In this document: positions 29,375-45,864 of the stretch, in pieces
Numbering within the stretch: the stretch's first letter is position 1
How the letters are laid out: the number at the start of each line of letters is the position of its first letter
Source: an uncultured delta proteobacterium
Lineage (GTDB): Bacteria > Myxococcota_A > Polyangia > Haliangiales > Haliangiaceae
Reading direction: 5' to 3'
Length of the DNA stretch: 64,000 nucleotides
Assembly (NCBI GenBank): GCA_963848295.1
Contig: CAWKDB010000002.1
Location: 1,120,001-1,184,000 of the forward strand
Notes under the pieces: generated by a model
Seen by the model: the letters and a program-made list of their open reading frames with translations, nothing else
Told to the model about the DNA's origin: nothing
Database searches by the model: none
Made by a program: the position numbers and the translations under genes

Positions 29375-30291
29375 CAGTCGTTGTCGATCACCGAGCGCAG
29401 GCAGGTCTCGGCGACGGGCGAATCCCAGTCGCGCTTGTTTGTGATGTACATCCGGATCCGGCCGGCGCGATCGATCAGCGCCGACTCGGGCAGCTTGTTG
29501 ATCCCCCACGACGCCGCGATCTTGCCGATGTTGCCGTCGCCCTCAGGGGGATCGAGGTAGACATTGAACGGCACGCTGCCGGCCGGCAGCGCGCGCTTGT
29601 AAGCCCACAGCGCGTCGGTGATCGACACCTCGTCGCCGGCGGCCTTCGTCGCATCGAACACGCGTTGTGCAAACTTGTCGCCGTGCGCCGCCGAGATCAC
29701 GCTCAACACTTCACCGACGCGCTCCTCTTGTGGATGAGTCCGCAACACGCGGACGTACGCCGCGACCGCCGCGTCATCATCGCCGGTGACCGCTCGGGCA
29801 TCGGCGACCGCAGCCGTAGGCGCGAGCGAGTCGATCAGGCCGATCAACGCTTCGCTCCACGTGTGGTCCGATGCCAGCGCGATGACCTTGAAGTCGTCGC
29901 CGCCGAGATCGTTGGTGAGGCCGCGGATATGCGGCTTCTCCGTCGTGCACACGCCGCACCACGACGCCCAGAAATTGAGCAGCACGACCTTGCCGCGGAA
30001 GTCCGACAGCTTGACCGGGTTGCCGTTGTTGTCGATCGCGGTGAAGTCGGGAGCGATGGTGGGCAGCTTGCAGGGCTTGCCGCCGCACACCGCGCTGTTC
30101 GGCATCTCGGGGCCGAGCGAGGCGCACGCCGCGCGCGTCTCGCGTTGCGCGGCGATCGGGACCATCCACAGAAACAGCGCGGCCGCACCGACGCCGATCG
30201 AGGCGACCAGCGCGGCGATCGTCAGCGATCGCGGCGCGAACCACACACCGCGCGGACTTTCCACCGCGGGTCGAGTAGGCGCATCAGCCAT
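29374..30291 (-). CDS. TlpA-family thiol-disulfide reductase with a large insertion
   Basis: APDF..LSDFRGKVVLLNFWASWCGVC...LPESALIDRAGRI. Confidence 0.85.
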   Translation of the reverse strand: MADAPTRPAVESPRGVWFAPRSLTIAALVASIGVGAAALFLWMVPIAAQRETRAACASLGPEMPNSAVCGGKPCKLPTIAPDFTAIDNNGNPVKLSDFRGKVVLLNFWASWCGVCTTEKPHIRGLTNDLGGDDFKVIALASDHTWSEALIGLIDSLAPTAAVADARAVTGDDDAAVAAYVRVLRTHPQEERVGEVLSVISAAHGDKFAQRVFDATKAAGDEVSITDALWAYKRALPAGSVPFNVYLDPPEGDGNIGKIAASWGINKLPESALIDRAGRIRMYITNKRDWDSPVAETCLRSVIDND

Positions 30292-30329
30292 CGACGGCAG
30301 TGTAGCCCGGTTTCCGCTATGCTCAAAGC

Positions 30330-31427
30330 GTGTCTCTTCGCGGGTCGCTCAGCACGATGGCCGCCGAGGACGTGCTCGAATGGGTGGCGAAGCGGAAGCT
30401 GTCCGCGCCGATCTCGTTCGAACGTCGCGGCACCGAGCGCAGCCTCGTCGTTGAAGAAGGCACGATCGTGTGGGCGAGCAGCAATCGCCGCGACGAACAG
30501 CTCGGCGTGATCCTCGTACGCAGCGGGCTGGTCGCCGAGCGAGCGCTCGCCGACGGACTGGAAGCTAGAGCCGAAACCGGCGTGCCGCTCGGAAAAGTCC
30601 TGCTGATGTCAGGACTCATCACCGAGGCCGATCTGGTCGAGATCCTTGCAACCAAGATCCGTGAAACCGTGACCGATGTCGTGACCTGGACCGATGGCCA
30701 ATTCGATGTCGTGCCGCGCGGCCAGACGGCGTCGACCGGGGTCAGCGCGCACCTCGCGATCGACATCTGCCTGACCGTCGCGCGCCGGCGCAGCGAACGC
30801 ATGACCGAGATCATGGGCGTGCTCGGCGCGGACGACGTGACGTTCTACGTACCTCCCGGCGCGCTGCCGCCGCGGGCGAGCAACGGCGACATCGTCGATC
30901 TCGCGAAGGTCTGGGCGCTCGCGGGCGATCGTCACACCGCGGCAGACATCGCCGCGACGTTCTCCGGTGAGCGGTTCGACGCGTACGACAAGCTCGCGCA
31001 GCTCGTGCAGTCCGGACAGCTCGTGATCGATCGGCGTACGCGCGAGCGCACGAACTCCGCGGTCGAGCTCGCCGCCGGTGCACGCGGCCGGTTGCGCGCG
31101 GGCGATCGCGCGGGAGCGCTCGCGATGGCGAGCCAGGCGCTGCATCAAGATCCGAGCGATCCGGAAGTGCGCAAGACATTCTCCCAGATCGAGCGCGCCC
31201 GCGTCGCCGAAGTCGCGAAGCGGCTGCTCGCGAAGCATCGGGTGCCGAAGAAGTTGCGCGAACCGACGCCCGACCTCGGGCTGTCCACCCAGGAGCTCGA
31301 GCTCGCGAGTCGCGTCGATGGCCGCTGGGACCTGCTGTCGCTCGTCAAGTCGACCAGCCAACGCGAGTCGGACGCGCTGATCGCTTTCGCGCACCTCGCC
31401 GAGCTCGGCGTCGTGGAGCTCGGCTGA
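30330..31427 (+). CDS. DUF4388 (PATAN-like) domain protein
   Basis: LRGSL...DVLEW...GTIVWASS...LGVIL...WTDGQF. Confidence 0.8.
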   Translation: MSLRGSLSTMAAEDVLEWVAKRKLSAPISFERRGTERSLVVEEGTIVWASSNRRDEQLGVILVRSGLVAERALADGLEARAETGVPLGKVLLMSGLITEADLVEILATKIRETVTDVVTWTDGQFDVVPRGQTASTGVSAHLAIDICLTVARRRSERMTEIMGVLGADDVTFYVPPGALPPRASNGDIVDLAKVWALAGDRHTAADIAATFSGERFDAYDKLAQLVQSGQLVIDRRTRERTNSAVELAAGARGRLRAGDRAGALAMASQALHQDPSDPEVRKTFSQIERARVAEVAKRLLAKHRVPKKLREPTPDLGLSTQELELASRVDGRWDLLSLVKSTSQRESDALIAFAHLAELGVVELG

Positions 31428-31428
31428 C

Positions 31429-32214
31429 GTGGCGGAGGCGTTGCAAGCGCAGACGGTCGATCGCAAGCGGCTGCTGCCGCGAAGCGGGATCGGGGTCGAC
31501 GAGGCATGGCTCGTCATCGCCCCGCCCGGTAATCCGATCATTCGGCTCGATGCGCGGCTGCTCGATCGCGTCGAGCTGATCGGCCGGTCGACGACGGCAC
31601 CGCTGATCGCCTCGGGGCTCGCGACCGCCGGGCTCGCCGCCGCCGCGTTGTCGCTGTTGCCGGGCGGCCCGCTCACCGCCGCTGGCTTCGCGTACCTCGT
31701 GCACGAGCGGTTCAGCGAGGCGCGCCGGCGGGCGCGCAGTCGCGACCTGTTGCTCGCGCTCGGCGATCTCGAAGTCGCGTTGCATGTCGCCGATGGGCCG
31801 GAAGCGGCCAAGGGCATCGCGGATCGACTCGCTCCGTACACGCGCGACGCCCCGATCACGCGGCCCGAGGTCTACGAAGACGCGAAGCGGCGGATGCGCG
31901 CGCAGGCCGAAGGCAAAGGCGAGGCGAGCGCGCGACGCGAGATCGAGCATGCGCTGCTCGTCGGCAACGACGTCGTGCATATGCGCGGCGACTATCTTCA
32001 GGTGGGCGCGATCGCGTTCCGGCTGTCCGAGGTTCGCGAGTACGCGCTGCGCGGCGCGAATCTGCCGCTGTCCGGCGGTCGGCTGTTGCAAGCCGCGATG
32101 GGGCTGCTCGTGGTCGCCGCCGAGGAGCGCGCCGGTGCAGGCGAGGACGTGTCGTTGTTGGCGAAGCGGATCTCGGACTACGAAGCCTGGTCAGGACACA
32201 CGGCCGGACGGTGA
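31429..32214 (+). CDS. Hypothetical membrane protein
   Basis: Abuts upstream stop; hydrophobic hairpin. Confidence 0.6.
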   Translation: MAEALQAQTVDRKRLLPRSGIGVDEAWLVIAPPGNPIIRLDARLLDRVELIGRSTTAPLIASGLATAGLAAAALSLLPGGPLTAAGFAYLVHERFSEARRRARSRDLLLALGDLEVALHVADGPEAAKGIADRLAPYTRDAPITRPEVYEDAKRRMRAQAEGKGEASARREIEHALLVGNDVVHMRGDYLQVGAIAFRLSEVREYALRGANLPLSGGRLLQAAMGLLVVAAEERAGAGEDVSLLAKRISDYEAWSGHTAGR

Positions 32215-32411
32215 CCACGGGGTGTCCTACATGCGGTGCGATCCTCGCTTTCGCACGGTGTGAATTCCCGGCGACACGCCGCGTCTGATTCCCGGCGGTC
32301 GTTGCCAGCGATCGGCCGTAGTGGAAATGACGAGTTGCGCATGCCATGTTGCGCACCGCGAACCCCATCTTAAGAACTGTGATCGGCACACGCCGTGCTC
32401 TTAGCTCGAGC

Positions 32412-32945
32412 ATGTCGCTCAAGTGGCTCGCCGGAGTGCTCGTCCTGTCCGCGGCGGCCTGTACGTGCCCCCCGGAGACCGTGGTCAAACACGGCTACGC
32501 GCGATCAGCACAGTACGCGTCGCAGATCCAAGCTTGCCAGGACGGCGGAGTCTGCGACCCGCTGTGCGAGCACCTGTTCTTCCTCGGCGGCGATGACGCG
32601 ATCACCGCCTGCCAGATCCTCGGCACCGACGATACGGGCGCGAAGGTCAAGGTCACGTTCCAGCGCACGGACACGTGTGCTGCGGATGACGACGGCGACT
32701 CCATCGTGGTCGACGGCGATGACGGCGGCGACGATGGCAGCTGCGACGACAGCACCTGCGACGGCGGGAGCGACGACGGCTCGGATTCCGGCGACGACGG
32801 CTCGGATTCCGGCGACGACGGCGGCGATTCGGGCGACGACGGCGGCGATTCGGGCGACGGCGGCGATGGCGGCGACGGCGGCGACAGCGCGATCGTCCAC
32901 CACGCGCATGCGTACGCCCCGGCGCTGACCCCGGACCGCCGCTGA
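32412..32945 (+). CDS. Cys-containing lipoprotein with Asp/Gly-rich tail
   Basis: AAAC lipobox; (DDGxDSG)n repeats. Confidence 0.7.
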   Translation: MSLKWLAGVLVLSAAACTCPPETVVKHGYARSAQYASQIQACQDGGVCDPLCEHLFFLGGDDAITACQILGTDDTGAKVKVTFQRTDTCAADDDGDSIVVDGDDGGDDGSCDDSTCDGGSDDGSDSGDDGSDSGDDGGDSGDDGGDSGDGGDGGDGGDSAIVHHAHAYAPALTPDRR

Positions 32946-34799
32946 CTACGCCCGCGTGGACTGCTCGTCCGACGCGGGACTCTTCGTCAGGTATGCGAGC
33001 TCGCTCGCGATCCAGCGCGCGATGTCCTTGTCGGTGGCGGCGTAGCCGTTCGCTTTCATCACCGTCTCGATCTGGTTCTCGAACGCGATGCAGTCGCTCG
33101 GCCGGCGATCGCGTTCGAACGCCATCGCGGTGAGCAAGATCTTGTCGAGCTCGGGCGGCACGCCCTGGCGCAGCGACGTCGGCGGCGGCAGGTGCGGCCA
33201 GTTCTCGACCCCGAGGTGGGCGAGCGCGGCGAGGTCGAGGTTCACGCCGTGACCGGTGACGATCTCGTAGCCAACCGCGGCGACCGAATAGACATCGGCG
33301 CGAACGTCGACTTGCTCGCCGACGCGTTGCTCCGGCGCCATCATCGATGGCGTGCCCTTGGTCTCACCCGCGACCGTGAGATGAGACTGCTTCGCCGCCT
33401 TCGCGATCCCGAAATCGACGACCTTGACCCCGCCCTGCTTCGACACCAACACGTTCGCGCTCTTGACGTCGCGGTGGATGATGTTGAGCGGTGCGCCGTC
33501 GGAGCCCGTCGCCTTGTGCGCGGCTTCGAGCCCGTCGCAGATCCGGCACAGGATGCCCAAGCCGACATCGAGCGGCACCAACCGCTGCGCCGTGCGGCCG
33601 GCCGCGAGCAAGCGCTCGAGGTCGACGCCGTCGACGTAGTCCATCACGATGACGTAGTCGTCGCCGATCTTGCCGAGATCCTGGATCGAGACGACGTTCG
33701 GGTGGACGACCCGGGCCGCGAGCCGCGCCTCGTCGAGAAAGTGCTCGACCGCGCGCTGGTTGCGCGCGAGGAACGGGTGCATGACCTTGAGCGCGACGAG
33801 CTTCTCGAAGCCAGCGTCGCCGCGAGCGTGCGCGAGGTAGACGTCGGCCATGCCGCCCGAGCCGAGCCGGCGCACGATCTCCCATCGACCGATCACCGCC
33901 CCGGCCGGCAAGCCCTGCGGCGGGATCACGATCGGCCCGCTCTGATCCGCGGCGAGTGGAGTGCCGGCGGCGAGCCCGACGACCGAGCTGCCGGCCAGCG
34001 GAGGCACGCTGAGCTGGGTGGCGTCGCGCCCGAGGTCTCGGCGCTTGCCGGTGACGAGCCCGGTGACGAGCAGATCATGCCGACGAGCGCACCCGCGCCG
34101 CCACCGACGGCGAGCGCCATGATCCGACCTCCGCTGAGCGGCGGCACGACCGCGTGTAACATCACCTTCATCTCGAGGCCGGCGATCGGGAACACGTCGG
34201 TCTCGGCGTTCGGACCCGGCTTGCCGACCGGGACGCTGCTCTCGCCATAGTCGAGCGCGCCGGTGACGCCGGCGGACGTCAGCTTGGCGACCTCGGCGTT
34301 CAGCTCGACCGGCCGCGCGACCGCGAGATACCCACGCTTGGCGCCGCTCTTCGGCACGACGTCGACCGTCTCGCTGACCACGAGCTTGCCGCCGACGAGG
34401 TCCGCGCGATTCTGGTGGAGATCTCGGCTTCGCGCCGTCGGGCTCCGTGATCAACACGTCGGGCGAGCCGTCGGGCAACAGCTGACCGAGCGTGATCACC
34501 TCGCCACCCATCGGGTGAAACGCGAGCTCGCCGCGCACGACCATGTCCTTCGCGGTCGCCTCGTCGGTCACGACCGCGCCCTCGACTTGTTGCACCGACG
34601 CTAACGTCGTCGCGCGCTCGTGAATCGCGCTGCGCGCGGCGCGCAGATCACTCGCGACCATCTCGGCGGCGCCGCCGACCGCTGCCTTCCACGCGTCGCT
34701 CTTGCCACCGACCGGCTTGCGCGTCACGCCGTAGACCGCTGCCCCGGCGCCGGCGGCGACGAGCAGGAGGCCGACCGCGATCAGCGCAGGCTTAGCCAC
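32946..34799 (-). CDS. Membrane Ser/Thr kinase with N-terminal sensor and two compensating frameshifts
   Basis: LGSGGMADV, HRDVKSAN, DFG, APE; the sensible reading of ~34420-34075 lies in another frame. Confidence 0.8.
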   Translation of the reverse strand: MAKPALIAVGLLLVAAGAGAAVYGVTRKPVGGKSDAWKAAVGGAAEMVASDLRAARSAIHERATTLASVQQVEGAVVTDEATAKDMVVRGELAFHPMGGEVITLGQLLPDGSPDVLITEPDGAKPRSPPESRGPRRRQARGQRDGRRRAEERRQAWVSRGRAAGRAERRGRQADVRRRHRRARLWREQRPGRQAGSERRDRRVPDRRPRDEGDVTRGRAAAQRRSDHGARRRWRRGCARRHDLLVTGLVTGKRRDLGRDATQLSVPPLAGSSVVGLAAGTPLAADQSGPIVIPPQGLPAGAVIGRWEIVRRLGSGGMADVYLAHARGDAGFEKLVALKVMHPFLARNQRAVEHFLDEARLAARVVHPNVVSIQDLGKIGDDYVIVMDYVDGVDLERLLAAGRTAQRLVPLDVGLGILCRICDGLEAAHKATGSDGAPLNIIHRDVKSANVLVSKQGGVKVVDFGIAKAAKQSHLTVAGETKGTPSMMAPEQRVGEQVDVRADVYSVAAVGYEIVTGHGVNLDLAALAHLGVENWPHLPPPTSLRQGVPPELDKILLTAMAFERDRRPSDCIAFENQIETVMKANGYAATDKDIARWIASELAYLTKSPASDEQSTRA

Positions 34800-35784
34800 G
34801 CTTGGCTCCGAACTTGTCCGGCGTCGGCCCGGCGGGCGCATCGGCCGCCACCCCGACGTCGACCGTGTTCGCGCCGGCTCTGAGCGTGATCGTCTGCTCG
34901 ATCGGCGCCTTGCTGCGCTCGCTCCAAGCCTTGAGCTTGTACTTGCCCGGCGCGAGGTGCCGGAACGCGTAGTGACCGGTGTCGTCGGTGACGACGTACG
35001 CCGGCGCCGACACGACCGCGATGTACGCCGACATGTTCGCGTGCAGGTTGCAGCCGAGCCGGATGATGCCTTCCTTGCGGAACGTGAACTCGCGCGCCTC
35101 GCCGGCCTTGTAGATGCCGAGATCGAAGGCGCCGAGCGGCGACGTCGAGAACACGTTGTGGAACACGTTGTCGAAGTTCGGGAACGCGATCGTCGAACCG
35201 ACCGGAATCGCCATCACGTGCGGCAGGAACTCGCGACCGCGTTGCTCGATCACGCGATGCTTGACGGTGCGCGGCTTCCACCTGCCGTGTGCCGGCTCGA
35301 GCGTGACCAGGCCAAACGCACCGGTCAGCGGCTTGCCGTCGATCACGAGCGCACCGGTCAGGCTCGCCTCGACCCTCGGTGGCGCCACCTTCGCTTCGGC
35401 GTCCTCGGCCTCCGAGCTGCCGACCGTCTTCGGCTGCGGCGCGGCTGCCGTGTCGACCTTCTCGGTCGGCGTCGTGATCCTCGGCGGCGCGCCTTCGCGG
35501 AACAGCGTCGCGACCTGCGCGACCGCATCGGGGCCGACCAGCAGCTCGGCGGTCGAGAACAACTGCTCCGCGAGGTTCTTGTTGCCGTTCTGCAGCGCGG
35601 TATTGGCCTTGTCGAGCAGATCGGCGGCCTCGCGCAGCTCCTGCGCTTTCTCGCCTGCCGGCCCGAGCTTCACCGGCGGCCTGGCGGGAGCAGGATTCGG
35701 GCGGGCGCTCGAGGGCGACAAGAAGGCGGCGGCCAGGACGACGGCGAACGCCGCTACCCCAGCTTTGGTGACTCGGAGGCTCAT
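34792..35784 (-). CDS. Secreted cupredoxin/carboxypeptidase-regulatory-like domain protein
   Basis: Signal peptide; FPNFDNVFHNVFS...CNLHANM; TDDTGHY..LAPGKY. Confidence 0.8.
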   Translation of the reverse strand: MSLRVTKAGVAAFAVVLAAAFLSPSSARPNPAPARPPVKLGPAGEKAQELREAADLLDKANTALQNGNKNLAEQLFSTAELLVGPDAVAQVATLFREGAPPRITTPTEKVDTAAAPQPKTVGSSEAEDAEAKVAPPRVEASLTGALVIDGKPLTGAFGLVTLEPAHGRWKPRTVKHRVIEQRGREFLPHVMAIPVGSTIAFPNFDNVFHNVFSTSPLGAFDLGIYKAGEAREFTFRKEGIIRLGCNLHANMSAYIAVVSAPAYVVTDDTGHYAFRHLAPGKYKLKAWSERSKAPIEQTITLRAGANTVDVGVAADAPAGPTPDKFGAKRG

Positions 35785-35864
35785 CGGGTCCCTATTGTAC
35801 GCGCTGGCGGGCTCCGGGTAACGAATCGCGTGCTACGGTCCGTTTCGATTTTCGGAGCCTCCGC

Positions 35865-36596
35865 ATGGTGTTCGGCCTGTTTTCAAAAGAGCGCGCGCTA
35901 CAAAAGACGATCGAGAAGGGGATCAACAAGCTCGCCCAGCAGCCCGATCGCATGGGCGCGCTTCAAGCGTTGAGCGACGATGGGTCCGACGAGGCAATCT
36001 ACGGCCTGTGCAAGCGGTTCGGCGTGACGTCGATGAAGGGCGTCGAGGACGAGTACGAGAAGACCTGGGTCGGTGATGTCCTGGTGTCCAAGGGCCCGGT
36101 CGCGCTGCCGCCGCTGGTCCGCTACATGAAAACGGCCGACCAGCTCGCGCACCCCCTCAAGGTGGTCGAACGACTCGCCGGCCATGACAAGGCGATCGAG
36201 ATCGTCGACGAGATCCTCGCGACCGAGAAGCCGGGCTACGTCCGGATGCCGGACCGCCGGATCGATCTGCTGAGGTGGTTCACCGAGTGGAAAGGCGCGA
36301 CCGACGACGAGGTGATCTCCCGGATCACGCCCTATATCGTCGACTTCGACGAGAACGTCCGGTTCACGGCGATCGATGGGCTCGCGACCAAGGACCCGGC
36401 GAAGATCGCGCCGCCGCTGATCGCGGCGCTGCTGCGCCCAGAAGAAGAGTCGTGGCGGATTCGCCGGGCGATCACCGAGGTCCTCGCGAAGACCAAGGCG
36501 CCGCTCGGCGACAAAGCCAAGGCGGTCGCCGGAGCGCTGACCGGCCCGCTCGCGAACGACTTCAAGGTCGACGCCGGCGTGATCAAAGCCAAGTAG
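35865..36596 (+). CDS. HEAT-repeat protein
   Basis: DFDENVRFTAIDGL-type helical repeats. Confidence 0.7.
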   Translation: MVFGLFSKERALQKTIEKGINKLAQQPDRMGALQALSDDGSDEAIYGLCKRFGVTSMKGVEDEYEKTWVGDVLVSKGPVALPPLVRYMKTADQLAHPLKVVERLAGHDKAIEIVDEILATEKPGYVRMPDRRIDLLRWFTEWKGATDDEVISRITPYIVDFDENVRFTAIDGLATKDPAKIAPPLIAALLRPEEESWRIRRAITEVLAKTKAPLGDKAKAVAGALTGPLANDFKVDAGVIKAK

Positions 36597-36600
36597 CGCG

Positions 36601-37032
<432 letters not shown>

Positions 37033-37105
37033 GAACGAGGCTTATCACGTCGCCGACGGAGATCAGCACCGCGCGCCGCGCTGGTTGTGGTAAACGAACG
37101 TCCCG

Positions 37106-40342
<3,237 letters not shown>

Positions 40343-40346
40343 TCCG

Positions 40347-42164
40347 GTGCTGGCGCGTCGCGAGCACGTCGTCGTCGGCGCAGTGTTCGCGGTCCTGCTC
40401 GCACTCGGTACCTGGGAGTGGCAGCACGGTCGCGAAGATCACGACCTGCCGACCGCCGAGCTGCACGCGGACGCGGCGTACTACTACGTCTACTTGCCGT
40501 CGCTGCTCGGCGGCGACCTCGACTTCACCGACGAATACAGCGAGACGCACGACTGGTATCACCTCGCCGACACGCCGACCGGGCGCCACGGCAACGTGTT
40601 CGGCATCGGACCCGCGGTGTTCACTGCGCCGCTGTTCCTGCTCGGCCACGGGCTCGCGTTCGTGGCGGGCTCGCGCCAAGACGGCTTCTCCGAATGGGAG
40701 ATCCGGCTCTACACGTGGAGCTCGGTGCTCGCATCGCTCGCCGCGGTGTTCTTCGCCTATCGCCTGGTCCGGCGGCGATTCGGCGGCGGCGCGCTGGCGG
40801 TGGCCGGCCCGATCGTCGCGGCGCTCGCCGGCCCGGTCGTCTATTACGCCACCCGCCAACCCGGCTACGCGCATCCGTTCGCGACGCTGTTCGGGGCGTG
40901 GCTCGTCGAGCGCTGGGACGCGAGCTACGACGGTCGCACGCCGCGCACGTTGCGCACGTGGCTCGGGCTCGGCGCCTTGTTCGGCGCCGGCGTGCTCGCG
41001 CGGCCGCAACTCGCGCTGTGGGGCGTGTTGCTCGCCGCGGCCGCGGTCGACGATTGGCGCACCGGCTGGCATCCGCGCCTCGCGCTGCGCTGGCTCGCCG
41101 GCGCCGCGGTCGCGCTCGCCGTGTTCGCGCCGCAATTGCTCGCCTGGCGCGCGCTGTACGGCAGCTGGTTCCTCGTGCCGCAAGGTCCCGGGTTCATGCG
41201 CTGGGATGCGCCGTGCGCGAGCGAGGTGCTGTTCTCGTCGCGCAACGGCTTGTTCCCGTGGTCGCCCGCGTACCTCGTGTTCGGCATCGCGGCGATCGCG
41301 GCGGCGCGCAAGCTGCCGCGCCTCGTCGTCGGCCTCGGTGCCGGGTTCGCGCTGCAGACGATCTCGAACGGCGCGGTGTGGGACTGGTGGGGCGGCGGCG
41401 CGTTCGGCGGACGGCGGTTCGACTCGACCTACGTGTGCTTCGCGGTCGGGGCCGCGGTGATCGTGGCGTGGCTCGCACGCGTCGTGCCGCCGGCGATCGC
41501 GCGCTCCGCACCCCTGCGAGCCCGATGGGTCGGTGCAGGTGCCGTGCTGTTCGGCGCCCTCGTCGGGCTCGTCGTGGTCGCGAACCTCCGCCTCGCGACC
41601 CACACGACGGTCACCAGCGCTCGGATCTTCGGCGGCGAGCAAGCCGCTGCGGTCATTCGCAGCGAGGCGCGTGGCCTCCCGGGGTCCGTCGCGGGGTGGG
41701 CATCGGCGCTATCGAACTTGCCGGCGCGCGCGCTGTTCGCGTGGCGCTACGACACCGACCTCGCCGGCTACGACCGAGTCGTCGGCGTCCATGCTCTCGG
41801 CGAGACGTTCCCGGGCCTCAACCCGTATCCCGATCAAGAGACCGATACGATCGGCGTGGCGCCGAGCCCGTTCGTCGACGGCACCGTTCGCCACAAAGGC
41901 GAGGTCGCGGTCGGGCCCGATGGCCGCGTCCGCATCCTCGTCGGGCTCAACCGCGAAGGTGGCGTCGCGCTCCGGATCGTGCTCGATGGCAGCGGACGCG
42001 CGCGGGTGCGATGGAACGACGAGCTGCTGGTCGAACAAGCCATCGGCCCGGGCGTGATCCTCGACGCGACCGCGCACACGATCCGGCGCGGCACGAACGA
42101 GCTCGTGATCGAGGCGCCGCCCGGCTCGGTCTTGCACCCGATCGCGATCTCGGCGACCCGCTAA
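40347..42164 (+). CDS. GT-C-like multi-pass membrane protein (putative glycosyltransferase)
   Basis: DAAYYYVYLPS...GDLDF; LFSSRNGLFPWSP; WWGGGAFGGRRF. Confidence 0.65.
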   Translation: MLARREHVVVGAVFAVLLALGTWEWQHGREDHDLPTAELHADAAYYYVYLPSLLGGDLDFTDEYSETHDWYHLADTPTGRHGNVFGIGPAVFTAPLFLLGHGLAFVAGSRQDGFSEWEIRLYTWSSVLASLAAVFFAYRLVRRRFGGGALAVAGPIVAALAGPVVYYATRQPGYAHPFATLFGAWLVERWDASYDGRTPRTLRTWLGLGALFGAGVLARPQLALWGVLLAAAAVDDWRTGWHPRLALRWLAGAAVALAVFAPQLLAWRALYGSWFLVPQGPGFMRWDAPCASEVLFSSRNGLFPWSPAYLVFGIAAIAAARKLPRLVVGLGAGFALQTISNGAVWDWWGGGAFGGRRFDSTYVCFAVGAAVIVAWLARVVPPAIARSAPLRARWVGAGAVLFGALVGLVVVANLRLATHTTVTSARIFGGEQAAAVIRSEARGLPGSVAGWASALSNLPARALFAWRYDTDLAGYDRVVGVHALGETFPGLNPYPDQETDTIGVAPSPFVDGTVRHKGEVAVGPDGRVRILVGLNREGGVALRIVLDGSGRARVRWNDELLVEQAIGPGVILDATAHTIRRGTNELVIEAPPGSVLHPIAISATR

Positions 42165-42805
42165 GCGAGCTCGACCGGCTCGATCGTCGCGCCCGGAATC
42201 GTCGCGACGAGCTCGCGATACCACGCGGTCGCTTTCGCGGTGCGGCCCGGCAAGCCTCGCGTGCCCCACACGATCGACAACACGGAGCGCGAGGTCTCCG
42301 AGGTCTTCGTGCGCTGAGCGTCCTTGACCGGCGTTCCGCTCGGGCCTTGCCGATCGCACAAGCACAGCAGGCCGCTCGCATCGATCACTTGGCCGGATGG
42401 ATTGAACACGTAGCTCGTCCCCGCTGGTGCCACGACGATGCGCAGCTCGCCCGCGCTGAGGTCGAGATCGATCAAGCTGATCGGCAGCCCGGAGTGCAAC
42501 GATGCCGCGTTGCACGCATCGACCGCGGCGTTGATCCGCGGAAACCGATCCTCGGCCGCCGCGGCGTGAAGGTACTCCGACGCTGGCTTGCTGCGCCCTG
42601 CTGGCTTGAACCCGCCGGCGCGCAATAGATCTCGCACGGCAGCGCGGACGGTGTCGGAGCTGATCAAGGGTGCAGTGGCGCCGGGCTCGAACAGCGACGT
42701 GATCGCCGGCGGCGCCGCGAGCTCGCCGAGCGGTCGCGCGAGCCGCGTCACAAAGGCACCGACCTCGAGCAGCACGTGAGGCTCGACTGCGACGGTAAGG
42801 GACAT
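42161..42805 (-). CDS. B3/B4 domain protein (PheRS-beta editing-like)
   Basis: GFKPAGRSKPASEYL...INAAVDACN...LPISLIDLD. Confidence 0.85.
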   Translation of the reverse strand: MSLTVAVEPHVLLEVGAFVTRLARPLGELAAPPAITSLFEPGATAPLISSDTVRAAVRDLLRAGGFKPAGRSKPASEYLHAAAAEDRFPRINAAVDACNAASLHSGLPISLIDLDLSAGELRIVVAPAGTSYVFNPSGQVIDASGLLCLCDRQGPSGTPVKDAQRTKTSETSRSVLSIVWGTRGLPGRTAKATAWYRELVATIPGATIEPVELA

Positions 42806-42859
42806 ACCTACACCTTATCGCCAGCCCCCCGACTACCGACCTTCGGATACACTATTTAC

Positions 42860-45024
<2,165 letters not shown>

Positions 45025-45028
<4 letters not shown>

Positions 45029-45864
45029 TCGCGCGCGCGGTCATCGTCGTCGTGGTCGTGCTGGCGGGGGCCGTCGAGGCGAGCCCGACCAAGGTGCTCG
45101 TGCTGCCGACCGGCGGCGACGCCGACCCCGCGTTGCGCCATCGCTTGGACGCGCAGCTCAAGAAGCTCGCGCAGGAGCTCGGCGACGTCGCGACCGGTGA
45201 TACGACGTTCGACGAGACCGCGACTGCGGTCGGCTGTGACCCCTCTGCGCCCGAGTGCGCCGGCCAGGTCCTGAGCACGGTCGGCGTCGACCAGCTCGTG
45301 TGGGCCACCGCCGCGACCAACGCCGGCGAGACCACGGTCACGGTCCAGCGCGCGACGAAGGACGCGCCGACGCGCCAGCTCTCGGTCGCGCTCGCGCCCG
45401 GCGATGATGGCAGTAAAACCGACGGGCAGCTCGCCACGTTGTTCGGTCCAGCGGTCGCGGAGCCGAGCGCGCCGCCGATCGCACCGGCGCCACGACCGGC
45501 CGAGCCGCGCGACGATGCCGGCCAGCACGGCGACTTCAACCGCGGGATCGGCATCACGACGCTCGCGACCGGCGGCATCGCGCTGATCATCGGCGTCGCC
45601 TTGTGGGGCAGCGCGAGCAGCACGCAAGGTGAGATCAATTCGGCGCCGCTCGACACCGCGGCCGACGTTCAGAACGTGATGTCATTGCAAGCGAAGGCTG
45701 ACAACTACGCCTCGTCGGGCAACTTCCTCGTCGTCGGCGGTGCAGTGCTCGCCGGCGCGGGCGCGGTGCTGCTGTACCTCGACCATCGCCACCGCACGAG
45801 CATCGCGCCGATCGCGTTGGCCCACGGTGCGGGCATCTCCGTCACGTTCGCGGGGTCGCCATGA
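45025..45864 (+). CDS. Secreted/membrane hypothetical protein
   Basis: Signal peptide, two C-terminal hydrophobic segments, beta-strand tail; coupled to the kinase stop. Confidence 0.65.
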
